Source: an uncultured bacterium
Lineage (GTDB): Bacteria; Hydrothermota; UBA3073; NMUJ01; CBEVQO01
Direction: 5' to 3'
Assembly: GCA_965552055.1 (NCBI GenBank)
Contig: CBEVQO010000002.1
Span: forward strand, 416,001-480,000
Length of the DNA stretch: 64,000 nt
A program made the translations under genes and the position numbers. This document shows positions 48,915-59,102 of this stretch, one piece after another (positions within the stretch are counted from its first letter, which is position 1; each line of letters starts with the position of its first letter). The notes under the pieces are model-generated. The model searched no databases. It saw only the letters and a program-made list of their open reading frames with translations, and was not told the origin of the DNA.

Positions 48915-50378
48915 TCATAAGAAATAATTTAAAAATAAACATTCTGTTAACTCATCTCCCATTTTTTCACCCATTCTCTCGGCAACAAGATAATATCTCA
49001 ACGCAGGTTCATAATACCCCTCTTTATAGAAAAGGTCTCCTATCATTCTCAACAATTTACCAGACCCCCTCTTTTCTGCAGCTATCACAAGAAAATCAAC
49101 ACTAAAAAGCGGTACCCCATCCGCACCTGCAATGGATAAACTCTCACGAGTGTGCGGAAACAAATTCGATAAAAACAACCAAAAAGAAACTTCATCCTCA
49201 AATTTATTACCAGTCAAACTCTCAAAATACTCTTTCACATATTTAAATCCCTTTTCTTTGTACTTAACAAATCCCAACAAAAAATCTATTTCGAAAGTCC
49301 TTTTTTCCGATTTCGCCATCGATAAATATAATTTTGCACTGTTTATATTACCCATCGCCAAATTTATTATTCCACACCATTTTAAATTTTCATATCTTCT
49401 TTCTTTTAAACTTTTTTGCACTGCATCCAGCGCCATCTTTAACAAAACTTCTCTTTCTGCCACTTTACGCAACGCAGCAAAATAATATGCTTTACACAAA
49501 TTTAAATAAACATCCTCTTTTTCTTCAATAGCTTTAATATCTTCTTTTTCAATTATTTCACGCATCTTCTTTCCCCTTTCCTCAAAGGTATGTTCTTTAT
49601 GCGTCCGCAGATAGCCCATTTCTGCTATTTCTTTCCTTTCTTTATCATTTTCAAGATAATAAGAAATCAAATCCAAAAAATTTTTGGGATTAAAAACGAT
49701 TATTTCTTTTTTATCTTCAAAAATATCTTCAAGTCCATCTAATTTTTCTGTAAGTAAAAGTGCCTTACTGCCTGTTGCTTCAAACACTCTAAAATTTAAC
49801 TCATTCAAAATCGCTTCGTTTATCACAATTTTCGACTGATTGTAAATTTTTCCAAGTGTATCCCAATCAATCCTTTCTTTATCATCGGTACCAAATAACT
49901 TTATCTCAAATTTTTCTGCAATTCTTTGTAATAATTTTTTCCTTTTCAATCTATAGAAATTTACCTTTCCACAAAAACTTATATCGTAAATCTTTGGCAA
50001 TCCATAATCTTTAAAAAATTTAGTTTCTGTTCCCCAGGGTATCCAGAAAGAATTTAATCCTTCTCTCCTACCCTTTTCTGCAAAGGATTTCTGAGTAAAA
50101 AACACCACATCGAATGATTTCCCGTAGTATTTATGCCAGATATAATTGAGATGTACATCAATCCCATAAAATACTTTTTTAACGGGTATTTTCTCAAAAT
50201 TTAAAGGAAATTTTCTCTTTCCAAGTTCTTCTGCAATAAAAACTATGTTGAATTTTTTATCGGAATTTTCCCATATTTTCGACAAATCCGGATTTTTACC
50301 AGAAACATAAAAAACATCACACCCTGCATATTTTAACATCTGACCCACATAATAGTTACCGCAAAATAGAATTTTCAC
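48915..50378 (-). CDS. CgeB/Glyco_trans_1_2-like glycosyltransferase with TPR-like tail
   Basis: IYNQSKIVIN, LNFRVFEATG, KEHTFEER. Confidence 0.75.
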   Translation of the reverse strand: MKILFCGNYYVGQMLKYAGCDVFYVSGKNPDLSKIWENSDKKFNIVFIAEELGKRKFPLNFEKIPVKKVFYGIDVHLNYIWHKYYGKSFDVVFFTQKSFAEKGRREGLNSFWIPWGTETKFFKDYGLPKIYDISFCGKVNFYRLKRKKLLQRIAEKFEIKLFGTDDKERIDWDTLGKIYNQSKIVINEAILNELNFRVFEATGSKALLLTEKLDGLEDIFEDKKEIIVFNPKNFLDLISYYLENDKERKEIAEMGYLRTHKEHTFEERGKKMREIIEKEDIKAIEEKEDVYLNLCKAYYFAALRKVAEREVLLKMALDAVQKSLKERRYENLKWCGIINLAMGNINSAKLYLSMAKSEKRTFEIDFLLGFVKYKEKGFKYVKEYFESLTGNKFEDEVSFWLFLSNLFPHTRESLSIAGADGVPLFSVDFLVIAAEKRGSGKLLRMIGDLFYKEGYYEPALRYYLVAERMGEKMGDELTECLFLNYFL

Positions 50379-50406
50379 ATAGAGTTTAAAGCAAAATATA
50401 TATCAA

Positions 50407-51762
50407 CTAAATATTTTCCGGCAGCTTAATTATGCCTTCTTTCATCATCAGGTGTATTTCTTCGCGTGCTCTTTTTATCCTCTCTTCTGCCATTTTTCTT
50501 AATTCTTCTTCTGTTCTCTTTATCCTTGCTACTCCCTGTTCTATTGCTTTCATTCCGCAAGCCACTGCTTCATCAACAAAAACTTCCCATTCATCCATCC
50601 GCGGTATGATATAATCTTCGCTTAAACCTTTTTTCTCTGCACTTTTTGCAAGCGATTCTGCAGCCGCTATGCACATCTCATCGGTTATCGTTCTTGCCCA
50701 TACATCGAGCACTCCTCTGAAAATACCGGGGAATCCCAGGGAATTATTAATCTGATTTGGAAAATCAGACCTTCCTGTTGCAACTATTCTGGCACCTGCT
50801 TCTTTTGCTTCCCATGGCCATATTTCGGGAATCGGGTTCGCTTCCGTAAATACTATGGGCTCTTTCGCCATCATTTCAATCCATTCCTTTTTAATGGTAC
50901 CTGGACCCGGCTTTGAAGCAGCTATCAATACATCTGCTCCTTTCATCGCCTCTGGTATGCCACCTGTTCTGCCTTCGGCATTCGTATGCGTGCAAACCCA
51001 CCATTTCTCTTTGAATTGTTCTTTTTTCTCCTCAATGTCTTTCCTACCCGGATGTAAAATTCCTTTTGAATCGCACATTATTACATTTTCGGGTTTAACC
51101 CCTGCTTTTATTATCACGCGTAAAATACAAATATTTGCTGCTCCAGCTCCCACCATTGCTACTTTTATCTTATCAAGAGGTTTACCCACAATTTTACATG
51201 CGTTTATCAGACCTGCACAGGTTATGGCAGCTGTCCCCTGCTGGTCATCATGCCATACAGGTATTTCCATCTCATTTCTTAGCCTCTCAAGAATATAAAA
51301 ACATTTCGGTTGCGCTATATCTTCCAAGTTTATTCCACCAAATGTAGGCTCCAGTGCTTTTACTATCTCGCAGAACTTATCCGGGTCTTTTTCTCTTATA
51401 CAAATCGGAAATGCATCCACTCCTCCCAGATATTTAAAAAGTAACGCTTTTCCTTCCATTACAGGCAAAGCAGCTTCCGGACCTATATCACCCAGACCGA
51501 GTACCCTTGTTCCATCTGAAACAACTGCAACGAAGTTCGCTTTGTTGGTATATTCAAAAACCTTCTCAAAATGCTCCTTTATATCTTTACAGGGTTCCGC
51601 TACTCCAGGAGTATACCATATTGCAAAATCATCGAATCCTCTGATACAACATTTCGCAGTCACTTCAATTTTACCCTGATAGAATGGGTGCAGCTTTAAT
51701 GCATCCTGTCCCGGTTTCTTAGCCTTTGCAAGCAACTCCTCAACTGTATATTTTTTCTCCAT
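50407..51762 (-). CDS. NAD(P)-dependent malic enzyme
   Basis: YTPGVA, VSDGTRVLGLGDIG, NLEDI, HDDQQGTA, GRSDFPNQINN. Confidence 0.93.
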   Translation of the reverse strand: MEKKYTVEELLAKAKKPGQDALKLHPFYQGKIEVTAKCCIRGFDDFAIWYTPGVAEPCKDIKEHFEKVFEYTNKANFVAVVSDGTRVLGLGDIGPEAALPVMEGKALLFKYLGGVDAFPICIREKDPDKFCEIVKALEPTFGGINLEDIAQPKCFYILERLRNEMEIPVWHDDQQGTAAITCAGLINACKIVGKPLDKIKVAMVGAGAANICILRVIIKAGVKPENVIMCDSKGILHPGRKDIEEKKEQFKEKWWVCTHTNAEGRTGGIPEAMKGADVLIAASKPGPGTIKKEWIEMMAKEPIVFTEANPIPEIWPWEAKEAGARIVATGRSDFPNQINNSLGFPGIFRGVLDVWARTITDEMCIAAAESLAKSAEKKGLSEDYIIPRMDEWEVFVDEAVACGMKAIEQGVARIKRTEEELRKMAEERIKRAREEIHLMMKEGIIKLPENI

Positions 51763-51785
51763 CACCCCCTCCTTAAATTACTTTT

Positions 51786-51812
51786 AATTTAAGCCATATA
51801 CCAGTTTGTCAA
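51786..51812 (-). promoter_or_regulatory. Promoter TTGACA-N15-TAAATT
   Basis: Read directly. Confidence 0.7.
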
Positions 51813-51821
51813 TATATTTTC

Positions 51822-51848
51822 TTGACAAATATAAATTTTCATTAAAAT
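51822..51848 (+). promoter_or_regulatory. Leaderless promoter TTGACA-N15-TAAAAT-N5-ATG
   Basis: Read directly; places the start at 51854. Confidence 0.7.
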
Positions 51849-51853
51849 CGCAG

Positions 51854-52354
51854 ATGATAGTTTTTTTAATATTTTTTGATACTTTAACCTTTAAAAGCTA
51901 CTTAAAAACAGCAGATTCTCTTTTTATCTTCAAAAATTACTCTCTGTCAATTCTCTATTATAGAAAAGCGCTCGAAATAGACAGCACTTCACCTATTGCT
52001 CACAACAACCTCGGATTGGCTTATAAGGAGAAAAAATATTTATCTCTTGCCGAAAAAGAATTTAAAAAAGCAATAAAATTCGCACCCCTTTTTTACAAAG
52101 CTTATATAAATCTTGGAAATCTATATTTTGAGCGAAAAAGATTTTCCGATGCTGAAAGTTGTTATAAAATGGCAGAACGTTTAAAACCCAATTTCCCTGA
52201 CCTTCACTGGAATTTCGCTTTATTTTATGAAGCAAAAGGCGACACCATGCTCGCTGTAAGACACTGGAGGAAATACATTTATTTAAAAAGAGAAGATTTC
52301 GATGCATCCGTTAAATTCGCAGAAGATAGAATCAAAAAATTGCTAAAAAAATGA
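51854..52354 (+). CDS. TPR protein
   Basis: AHNNLGLAY, AYINLGNLY, LHWNFALFY repeats. Confidence 0.85.
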   Translation: MIVFLIFFDTLTFKSYLKTADSLFIFKNYSLSILYYRKALEIDSTSPIAHNNLGLAYKEKKYLSLAEKEFKKAIKFAPLFYKAYINLGNLYFERKRFSDAESCYKMAERLKPNFPDLHWNFALFYEAKGDTMLAVRHWRKYIYLKREDFDASVKFAEDRIKKLLKK

Positions 52355-53250
52355 TTTTTTTATTATTTTCTTTGAAATATTTATTTGCAGATACAAAGGA
52401 TGCAAAATACTGGAAATTCAACAAAAGTTTGCGATGGCAAAAAGCAGAAATTATCGAAGTTCATAAAAACTATTCAGAAATAAAAAAAGCAGAGTTAAAA
52501 TATTTCTTTTGCAAAAAGGTTGAAAATGGTGAAATAAAAAATAATAAAAAAATTTGTTATCTTATCGCGTATCATAGGTTTACCGATTTTCCTTTAAACG
52601 ATTATGAAACGACGCCCTATCATTTTTATCGTCATATTGATTTTTTTGAAAAAAGGGGCTTTGAAATAATACCCTTAAAATGGCTCATCGATGCACTTTA
52701 TACTGGTAGGGACGACTTCCTGCCCGATACTTCAGTTGTTATAACAATCGACGATGGATATAGATGTTTTTTCAAAATTTACGATTTTGTAAAGAAAAGA
52801 GAAATTCCTCTTACTCATTTCATTTATATAAATTTTGTGGAAGCACCAGGGGGCTTTAATTGGGATGAACTACGAAAATTAGCAAAAGAAGGTTTTGACA
52901 TTCAATCACATACAATCTCACATCCCGACTTAACAGAAATAAATAATAATAGATTGCGAATAGAATTAGAATTATCGAAAAAATGGCTCGAAGATGAACT
53001 TGGTGTAAACATTTATGCAATTGCCTATCCTTATGGTGCAGTTAATCAAAGGGTGGAAAGAGAAGCGATTCTCGCAGGATACTGGGCTGGTGTAACGATA
53101 TATTGGGGATATAACGACCTCAGGGTAAATCCAATGAGACTACGGCGCTTAGAAATCTTCTCACACGACACTCCTCAAATATTATCACAGAAATTGCTCC
53201 AATCAAATAATTATATGCGTGAATATTACCGCAATAAATGGACATTTTAA
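52351..53250 (+). CDS. Polysaccharide deacetylase (CE4, IcaB/PgaB-like)
   Basis: ITIDDGY, QSHTISHPDL, AYPYG. Confidence 0.88.
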   Translation: MIFLLFSLKYLFADTKDAKYWKFNKSLRWQKAEIIEVHKNYSEIKKAELKYFFCKKVENGEIKNNKKICYLIAYHRFTDFPLNDYETTPYHFYRHIDFFEKRGFEIIPLKWLIDALYTGRDDFLPDTSVVITIDDGYRCFFKIYDFVKKREIPLTHFIYINFVEAPGGFNWDELRKLAKEGFDIQSHTISHPDLTEINNNRLRIELELSKKWLEDELGVNIYAIAYPYGAVNQRVEREAILAGYWAGVTIYWGYNDLRVNPMRLRRLEIFSHDTPQILSQKLLQSNNYMREYYRNKWTF

Positions 53251-53268
53251 ATTATGAATAAATTTTTA

Positions 53269-53295
53269 TTGACAAACTGATATTTTACTTAAAAT
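53269..53295 (+). promoter_or_regulatory. Leaderless promoter TTGACA-N15-TAAAAT-N5-ATG
   Basis: Read directly; places the start at 53301. Confidence 0.7.
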
Positions 53296-53300
53296 TGGGG

Positions 53301-54305
53301 ATGTATGTAAGTGTTTCGCCTCATATAAGATGGCGTAAGACGACTTCAAGGATAATGTGGCTTGTGGTTATTGCTCTTTTACCTGCTTTTGCGGGTTCTA
53401 TCTATTTCTTCGGTTTAAGAGCCCTTTATTTAACACTTATTGCCTGTGCTTCTGCACAATTTTCTGAATGGCTTTGTTTATGGGTTCGTCGTAAAAAAAT
53501 AACATTTGATGGAAGTGCTATTCTAACCGGCATCCTGTTAGCATTCAACATACCTCCTAAATCTCCATGGTGGTTGCCTGCTGTTGGCTCTGCTTTCGCC
53601 ATAATAATAGCAAAACAATTATTCGGAGGACTGGGGTTTAACATTTTGAACCCAGCACTCGCAGGAAGAGCTTTTCTAATGGCATCATGGCCACTTATTA
53701 TGACAAAAGAATGGATGACACCTTTGAGACCCGCTGGAAGCACAATGAGTGGCTTACCACAAATGCAAATCTCACCCAAATATACTCAAATAATAACATC
53801 AGCAACTCCCTTAAAGGTTTTAAAATTACATTCGAATATCCCTGCAATTGCCAAAAATTTAAATTCATTGAACACAATAAAAGCACTTTTCATCGGAAAT
53901 GTAGGTGGCTCACTTGGTGAGACATCTGCACTGCTATTACTGATAGGGGGGCTATTTTTGATTTTCACAAAGATAATCGACTGGAGAATACCCCTTGGAT
54001 ATATTGGCACGGTGTTCGGTTTTACAGGAATTTTATATCTTACAGGAGTAACAAAAGCTACTCCTCTTTTTCACATTCTTTCTGGTGGTTTATTTTTGGG
54101 TGCATTCTTTATGGCAACTGATTATGTAACATCTCCTGTTACCAAGAAAGGCAGATGGCTTTTCGCAATAGGATGCGGTATCATTACGGTTATCATAAGG
54201 TTATGGGGAGGTTATCCCGAGGGTGTGTGTTATTCTATTCTTTTGATGAATTGCGTTACTCCTTTGCTTGATAGGTCAACCCGTCCTCGTCGCTTTGGAA
54301 CATAG
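53301..54305 (+). CDS. rnfD: Rnf complex subunit D
   Basis: SPHI, KQLFGGLGFNILNPA, FMN-Thr site TSATPL, GETS, FMATDYVTSP. Confidence 0.93.
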   Translation: MYVSVSPHIRWRKTTSRIMWLVVIALLPAFAGSIYFFGLRALYLTLIACASAQFSEWLCLWVRRKKITFDGSAILTGILLAFNIPPKSPWWLPAVGSAFAIIIAKQLFGGLGFNILNPALAGRAFLMASWPLIMTKEWMTPLRPAGSTMSGLPQMQISPKYTQIITSATPLKVLKLHSNIPAIAKNLNSLNTIKALFIGNVGGSLGETSALLLLIGGLFLIFTKIIDWRIPLGYIGTVFGFTGILYLTGVTKATPLFHILSGGLFLGAFFMATDYVTSPVTKKGRWLFAIGCGIITVIIRLWGGYPEGVCYSILLMNCVTPLLDRSTRPRRFGT

Positions 54306-54313
54306 GAGGGGGT

Positions 54314-54895
54314 ATGCAGAGACAGATGATATTAAGTTTAACAATTGTATGCGTTGTATCCTCATTATTACTTGCAGTTGTCTATAAAATAACGAATCCC
54401 AAAATTCAGGAAGATATAAGAAAAAAGACATTGCAAAATTTAAAAGAAGTTTTTCCGGATACTTTGAGGTATGATGATAAGGTTATAGTTTTCAAATCGC
54501 CTTTAAGTTTTAAAGAAATTGTTCGGGATAGTGTGTGGGCGGTTTATGACGCTGATGGCATGAAAGTGGGTATTGTTTTCCGATATGCGAAGCGTGGCTA
54601 TGGCGGTCCTGTTCCTATTCTTTGTGGTCTGACACTTGATACCGTGGTTACGGGGGTGCGTCCTGCATTACCTGTTGAGGGCTTAAAAGAAACACCTGGT
54701 CTTGGCACAAAAATTTTAGAACCATGGTTCAAAAATCAATTCATAGGTAGAAAAGGAAAAGAAGTGAGATTAAAGCGTGATGGTGGTAAAATTGATGCTA
54801 TAACAGGTGCAACCATATCTTCGAGAGCAGTAGCTGACGGAGTTTTTGAAGGAATTGAGAAATACAAAAAATATTTAAGTAATGAAAAGCAGTAA
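54314..54895 (+). CDS. rnfG: Rnf complex subunit G
   Basis: N-terminal TM, GYGG, ETPGLG, DAITGATISS. Confidence 0.9.
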   Translation: MQRQMILSLTIVCVVSSLLLAVVYKITNPKIQEDIRKKTLQNLKEVFPDTLRYDDKVIVFKSPLSFKEIVRDSVWAVYDADGMKVGIVFRYAKRGYGGPVPILCGLTLDTVVTGVRPALPVEGLKETPGLGTKILEPWFKNQFIGRKGKEVRLKRDGGKIDAITGATISSRAVADGVFEGIEKYKKYLSNEKQ

Positions 54896-54898
54896 GTT

Positions 54899-56716
54899 GT
54901 GATTTTATGTTTTTTGATAAACTTATCTGCACAAATTGAAATTTTGCCTTCAGGCTCTTTACCTATTATTTTAGATAGTGATACTGTCCCTGGCACTCCT
55001 TTTTATGTAAAAGTCAAAATTAGAGAAATTGTCCCTGATACTTATAAGATAGGCATCTGGGTTTATGGTGGTGCCGGTGATATCTGTGAGTGGTGGGACC
55101 CCTGGCTTTCATCGTGGCGTGGCTGGTATCATACATCACCTGCATTTACAACAGAAAAAGAATCATTAACTTTTATAATCCCGGTCAGGATAAAAAAATT
55201 TCCAGAAGCAGGATACGATTACTATATAAAATTTAAAATTGAACAAATTAGTGAAGGTGTAGAAGCCACATCGCAAATATACGATTATGAGGGATTCAAT
55301 TTAATGAATATGCGGACAGAAGGAGGCTGGATTTGTGGTAAAACTTCAAAATCAGGTTACTATGTGCTTGTAAAAAGGAATGACACCGTTTTTGGATTTG
55401 TTAGAGCAGAAGATAATGGAGTGGATGAAGGCAATCCTTCTCTTTCTGGCTATTTTATCTGTGCTGTACCCGCGGGAAATTATGATGAGATAGAAGTAAG
55501 AGATACTAATTTTAACATTTTTTCAGAAAGTTTTGATATACCACCGCCTTATTCTGTATCTGCAGGTGATACAACTTTTGTCTCATTCTTTGTAAATGTC
55601 GATTCACTAAAAGTTTCGCCACAAAATCCCATTCCATATATGCCATGCACTTTGAAAATTTTTGTAAAAAATCCATTCGAAGCAGAAGTTACACTAAAAA
55701 TCAGAATTTTCGAAGATACAACCTGGGATTATAAAGAAGATGTTTTTCTCGATAGTTCTTCTCATAAAATTTTTGCCTTATCTGATACAATTTTATCGTG
55801 TATTTTGAAATTGCAACAGGGAAATCGCATTCTCATAATTTATGCTGATAATACGAGATTTAAAAAATGTATCAAAGTAGGAAACCCTATTGGCGAAATA
55901 GTGATAAACGAATTTTTGCCTTACACTTCTGATTACAACGAATTCATTGAAATTTTAAATCGCTGGAATAAACCCATAAATCTAAAAGGATGGTGGATAG
56001 GTAAAGATGAGCCTGATTTTCAGATTAAAGATTCCATTGTATTAAATCCAGGACAATTTGCTGTTTTATGTTCTGATAGAGCAGATTTTAGAAAATATCA
56101 AATACCTCAAACCGCTATAATCATTGAGTTCGATGATTGGGCTGAAAGTTATTTACCGCAGGCTGGAGAAATAAGAATTTATATGCCCGATTCCTTTGAA
56201 ATAGATTATGTGAGATATACCATTGACCTTGGCAGTCATTATGATACATCGGTTGAGCGAATAAATCCAGAGATACCTTCTCTTGATAGCACAAACTGGG
56301 GATTGTGCGTCCATCCACTGGGAGCTACCCCCGGCGATACAAATAGTATCTATGCAGGGTTTAAAGTAAAAGAATTAAAGTTAGAAATAGAACCAAAAGT
56401 TTTTAATCCAGAAGACCCCACAAAATCTCGCATATTTATATCCTATAAATTGCCATTTGTGAGAGCTTATGTAAGATTATTTATTTTCGATGTAAGGGGT
56501 CGTGTTGTCAGGAAACTTTGTGATGGCACACCTTCTGGTGCAAGAAGTATATATCTCGAGGATGGAAGCGTTATTTATAGCCACATATGGGATGGAAAAG
56601 ACGATAAAGGAAGGAATTTACCAATGGGACCTTACATAATTTACTTACAGGCACAGGATATGGATTCTAAAAAAGTAGTATCTGCCAGAAAAACCTGTAT
56701 CGTAATAAGAAAATAA
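54899..56716 (+). CDS. Exported lamin-tail-domain protein with FlgD-Ig/CTD
   Basis: IVINEF, EFIEILN, ATPGDTNS, WDGKDDKG...GPYII. Confidence 0.75.
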   Translation: MILCFLINLSAQIEILPSGSLPIILDSDTVPGTPFYVKVKIREIVPDTYKIGIWVYGGAGDICEWWDPWLSSWRGWYHTSPAFTTEKESLTFIIPVRIKKFPEAGYDYYIKFKIEQISEGVEATSQIYDYEGFNLMNMRTEGGWICGKTSKSGYYVLVKRNDTVFGFVRAEDNGVDEGNPSLSGYFICAVPAGNYDEIEVRDTNFNIFSESFDIPPPYSVSAGDTTFVSFFVNVDSLKVSPQNPIPYMPCTLKIFVKNPFEAEVTLKIRIFEDTTWDYKEDVFLDSSSHKIFALSDTILSCILKLQQGNRILIIYADNTRFKKCIKVGNPIGEIVINEFLPYTSDYNEFIEILNRWNKPINLKGWWIGKDEPDFQIKDSIVLNPGQFAVLCSDRADFRKYQIPQTAIIIEFDDWAESYLPQAGEIRIYMPDSFEIDYVRYTIDLGSHYDTSVERINPEIPSLDSTNWGLCVHPLGATPGDTNSIYAGFKVKELKLEIEPKVFNPEDPTKSRIFISYKLPFVRAYVRLFIFDVRGRVVRKLCDGTPSGARSIYLEDGSVIYSHIWDGKDDKGRNLPMGPYIIYLQAQDMDSKKVVSARKTCIVIRK

Positions 56717-57178
56717 TCATTTTAAGTCTTTAAGAAAAGGCTTTAACACATGGTGAAAAATTGAGAGTATAACTGCACTTACAATAACCGCTAATGTCAC
56801 ATTCCAGGAAAATCCAGTAAGAGCTACACCAAGAGCGGTCCCTGCAGCCGGTGGATGACGCACCCCTACAACTACCATCAGAAAAATGGATAAACCAACA
56901 GCCAGAGAATAAACAAGAATAGAATGAAAAAGGGTAACCTGCGGAATAAGAGAGCAAAGCGAACCGCACAGCAAACCTATTAAATGCCCGCCTATAACAT
57001 TTTTCGCATTTGCTACAGTGCTCTTTGGAGTTATAAAAACGATAAAAGCAGTTGCACCAATGGATGCAATAACAACCTGATACTTTATGTTCAAAATAAG
57101 CAAAACAACAAATAAAGAAAGAGTAGCTAAAAAACTTTGCATTAAATAATTTTTCCATAACTCTTTAAATTTCTTCAT
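56717..57178 (-). CDS. HPP family membrane protein
   Basis: ASIGATAFIVF, NVIGGH, HPPAAGTAL; ATGA overlap with the upstream gene. Confidence 0.88.
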   Translation of the reverse strand: MKKFKELWKNYLMQSFLATLSLFVVLLILNIKYQVVIASIGATAFIVFITPKSTVANAKNVIGGHLIGLLCGSLCSLIPQVTLFHSILVYSLAVGLSIFLMVVVGVRHPPAAGTALGVALTGFSWNVTLAVIVSAVILSIFHHVLKPFLKDLK

Positions 57179-58173
57179 TCTATCACCCATATCCCAAGAT
57201 TCTTTAATTCTTCGATAACTTTTTCAAGTTTTTCAATAATTTCATCTCTTGTCTTTCTTATATCCCAGGGTTCGGGTACATTTAAAACTTTTATCTTACG
57301 ATGAACATCAGGACACATTTCCAATATTTCATCTTTATGCATCTCTTCCATACAAATGATTAAATCTGCCCATTCTATCAGCTCTAAATCGAGTTTCTTG
57401 GTTCTGTGATGCGATATGTCAATTCCTATTTCTTTCATTGCATTAATTGCAGATTGGCTTGCACCCTGTGTTATCGGCATTATTCCACATGACCCAACAT
57501 CTAAAGATTTCACATATTTCTCTTTAAGATAATAATGGGCAATGGGACTGCGGTCTTTATTTGCTGTGCAAACAACCAATATCCTTAATTTGCCATCATA
57601 TTCTACTTTTTCTCCTGATATTTTGACAATTTCATAAACACCAACCCTTCCCCGTCTCAAAATTTTGAAAGGTTTTTCCGAAACTTTTAAGACAGTCGAA
57701 GGAAGATTATATTTTGTTTCACCTCCATTTATCACATAATCTACTTTCAGCTTTATTTCCTTTGCCGAACGCGGTGGAGCTTCACCCGAAGGATTTGCAC
57801 TTGTAGTTGCAAGCGGATTTTTATAAACCCTAAGAATTTCAAGAATTTCTTTATTGTTCGGAATCCTAATTCCTATTGTTCCGTCTTCTGCTTTTATTGG
57901 ACATTCTTCTTTAGCTTTAAAAATTAAAGTCAATGCACCCGGCCAGAATTCATCAATTAGTCTTTTAGCACCTGCTGGAATTTCTTCTACATATTTCCCG
58001 AGTTCTTTTTTATCGTGAATGAATAAAATCAGAGGCTTTCTATAATCTCTTCCCTTTAAACCGTATATTTTTTTAACTGCTATTTTATTTTGGGCATCTG
58101 CACCTATTCCATAAACCGTATCTGTAGGAAATGCAATAATTCCTCCTTTTTTGAGTATTTCTATTATCTCCAT
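57175..58173 (-). CDS. tsaC: TsaC/Sua5 threonylcarbamoyl-AMP synthase fused to an LMW phosphatase domain
   Basis: FPTDTVYG, KGR, TTSANPSG; then CTANKDRS (Cx5R), WADLIICME; start reassigned to ATG 58173. Confidence 0.85.
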   Translation of the reverse strand: MEIIEILKKGGIIAFPTDTVYGIGADAQNKIAVKKIYGLKGRDYRKPLILFIHDKKELGKYVEEIPAGAKRLIDEFWPGALTLIFKAKEECPIKAEDGTIGIRIPNNKEILEILRVYKNPLATTSANPSGEAPPRSAKEIKLKVDYVINGGETKYNLPSTVLKVSEKPFKILRRGRVGVYEIVKISGEKVEYDGKLRILVVCTANKDRSPIAHYYLKEKYVKSLDVGSCGIMPITQGASQSAINAMKEIGIDISHHRTKKLDLELIEWADLIICMEEMHKDEILEMCPDVHRKIKVLNVPEPWDIRKTRDEIIEKLEKVIEELKNLGIWVIE

Positions 58174-59102
58174 CTTAGTTTTAAAAAACTCAAGGATAAT
58201 TGTAACACCTTTGTATTGAAAAAGCGTGCAGTCAAATGTCCTGCCGGTATCCAGCAAAGAGGTGGATAGCCAAATGCTTCCCATGTTTCATAAACTGCTT
58301 TCCTCGGAATTACTTCATCGAAAAAAGCATTAACCATTAAAACATTTCTTGGATTATTCCTGTAAGCGTAAGTTAAAGGGTCAATATAATACCATGACCA
58401 TCTTGTCTCATGCACTTTTTTGTCTCTATAAACTTTATCGAGATATTTTTTGTAATCCGAAAGAATGTAAAGGTAATCCTTTTTCCCTATTCCTCTTTTT
58501 TTAAGCCATCTTCTAATTGCTCTTCCTGCAAACCCTTCCCAGACAATTCTGTGTATGTGTCCTGCACCAAGAAAAGAAATACCAGCAGAATAACGCAAAT
58601 CAACACCCATCAATGTATTCAAAATTATTGCTCCTAAACTTATACCAAAGCAGGCAATTTTAAATCCTTCTTTCTGAAAGAAATCAGCAAGTGACATGAG
58701 GTCAATAATCGCCTGTCTATAAGCTTCGTAATTCTGTCTTTCGTTCACTGTGAAAAACAGCTCTCCTGACCTGTATCCCGAAGGGGTTCTTTCCCTATGA
58801 TATGGTAAAACAATTTGCACAGTATCGTATCCTTCCTTTCTAAACTGCACGGTGAAGTAGCAGGGATAAGTGCATTTTGGTCCGTGCCAGCCGTGAATTA
58901 AAACGATTACTTTATTGGAATTCTTTCTATGCCACAAAGCAAAAACTCTGTTATTCTCCGGAAAAGAAGTTTTTAAAGCACTTTCAAATTCAATCAAATA
59001 GGTATTAAGCCCCCATTTATCGAACTTTTTTATCCTATAGTTTTTGACCTTTTGATACTGAAATATTTCTTCTGGTTCAAATGTTGATTTCTGCTCCGAC
59101 AT
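58164..59102 (-). CDS. Alpha/beta hydrolase
   Basis: LIHGW, nucleophile GISLG, DEVIP, PAGH. Confidence 0.82.
   Translation of the reverse strand: MSEQKSTFEPEEIFQYQKVKNYRIKKFDKWGLNTYLIEFESALKTSFPENNRVFALWHRKNSNKVIVLIHGWHGPKCTYPCYFTVQFRKEGYDTVQIVLPYHRERTPSGYRSGELFFTVNERQNYEAYRQAIIDLMSLADFFQKEGFKIACFGISLGAIILNTLMGVDLRYSAGISFLGAGHIHRIVWEGFAGRAIRRWLKKRGIGKKDYLYILSDYKKYLDKVYRDKKVHETRWSWYYIDPLTYAYRNNPRNVLMVNAFFDEVIPRKAVYETWEAFGYPPLCWIPAGHLTARFFNTKVLQLSLSFLKLRWR

Noticed and set aside
50379..50410. N15 promoter for the glycosyltransferase (and similarly at 4301-4330)
   Set aside because: A -10-like box is present, but the -35-like hexamers (TTGATA, TTGTAA) are degenerate and lie at 12 and 14 bp, so they were not counted among the 17.
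51231..51238. Third copy of the GGGGACAG core on the minus strand
   Set aside because: It lies inside the malic enzyme codons for QGTA and has no accompanying hairpin or G-runs; chance match.
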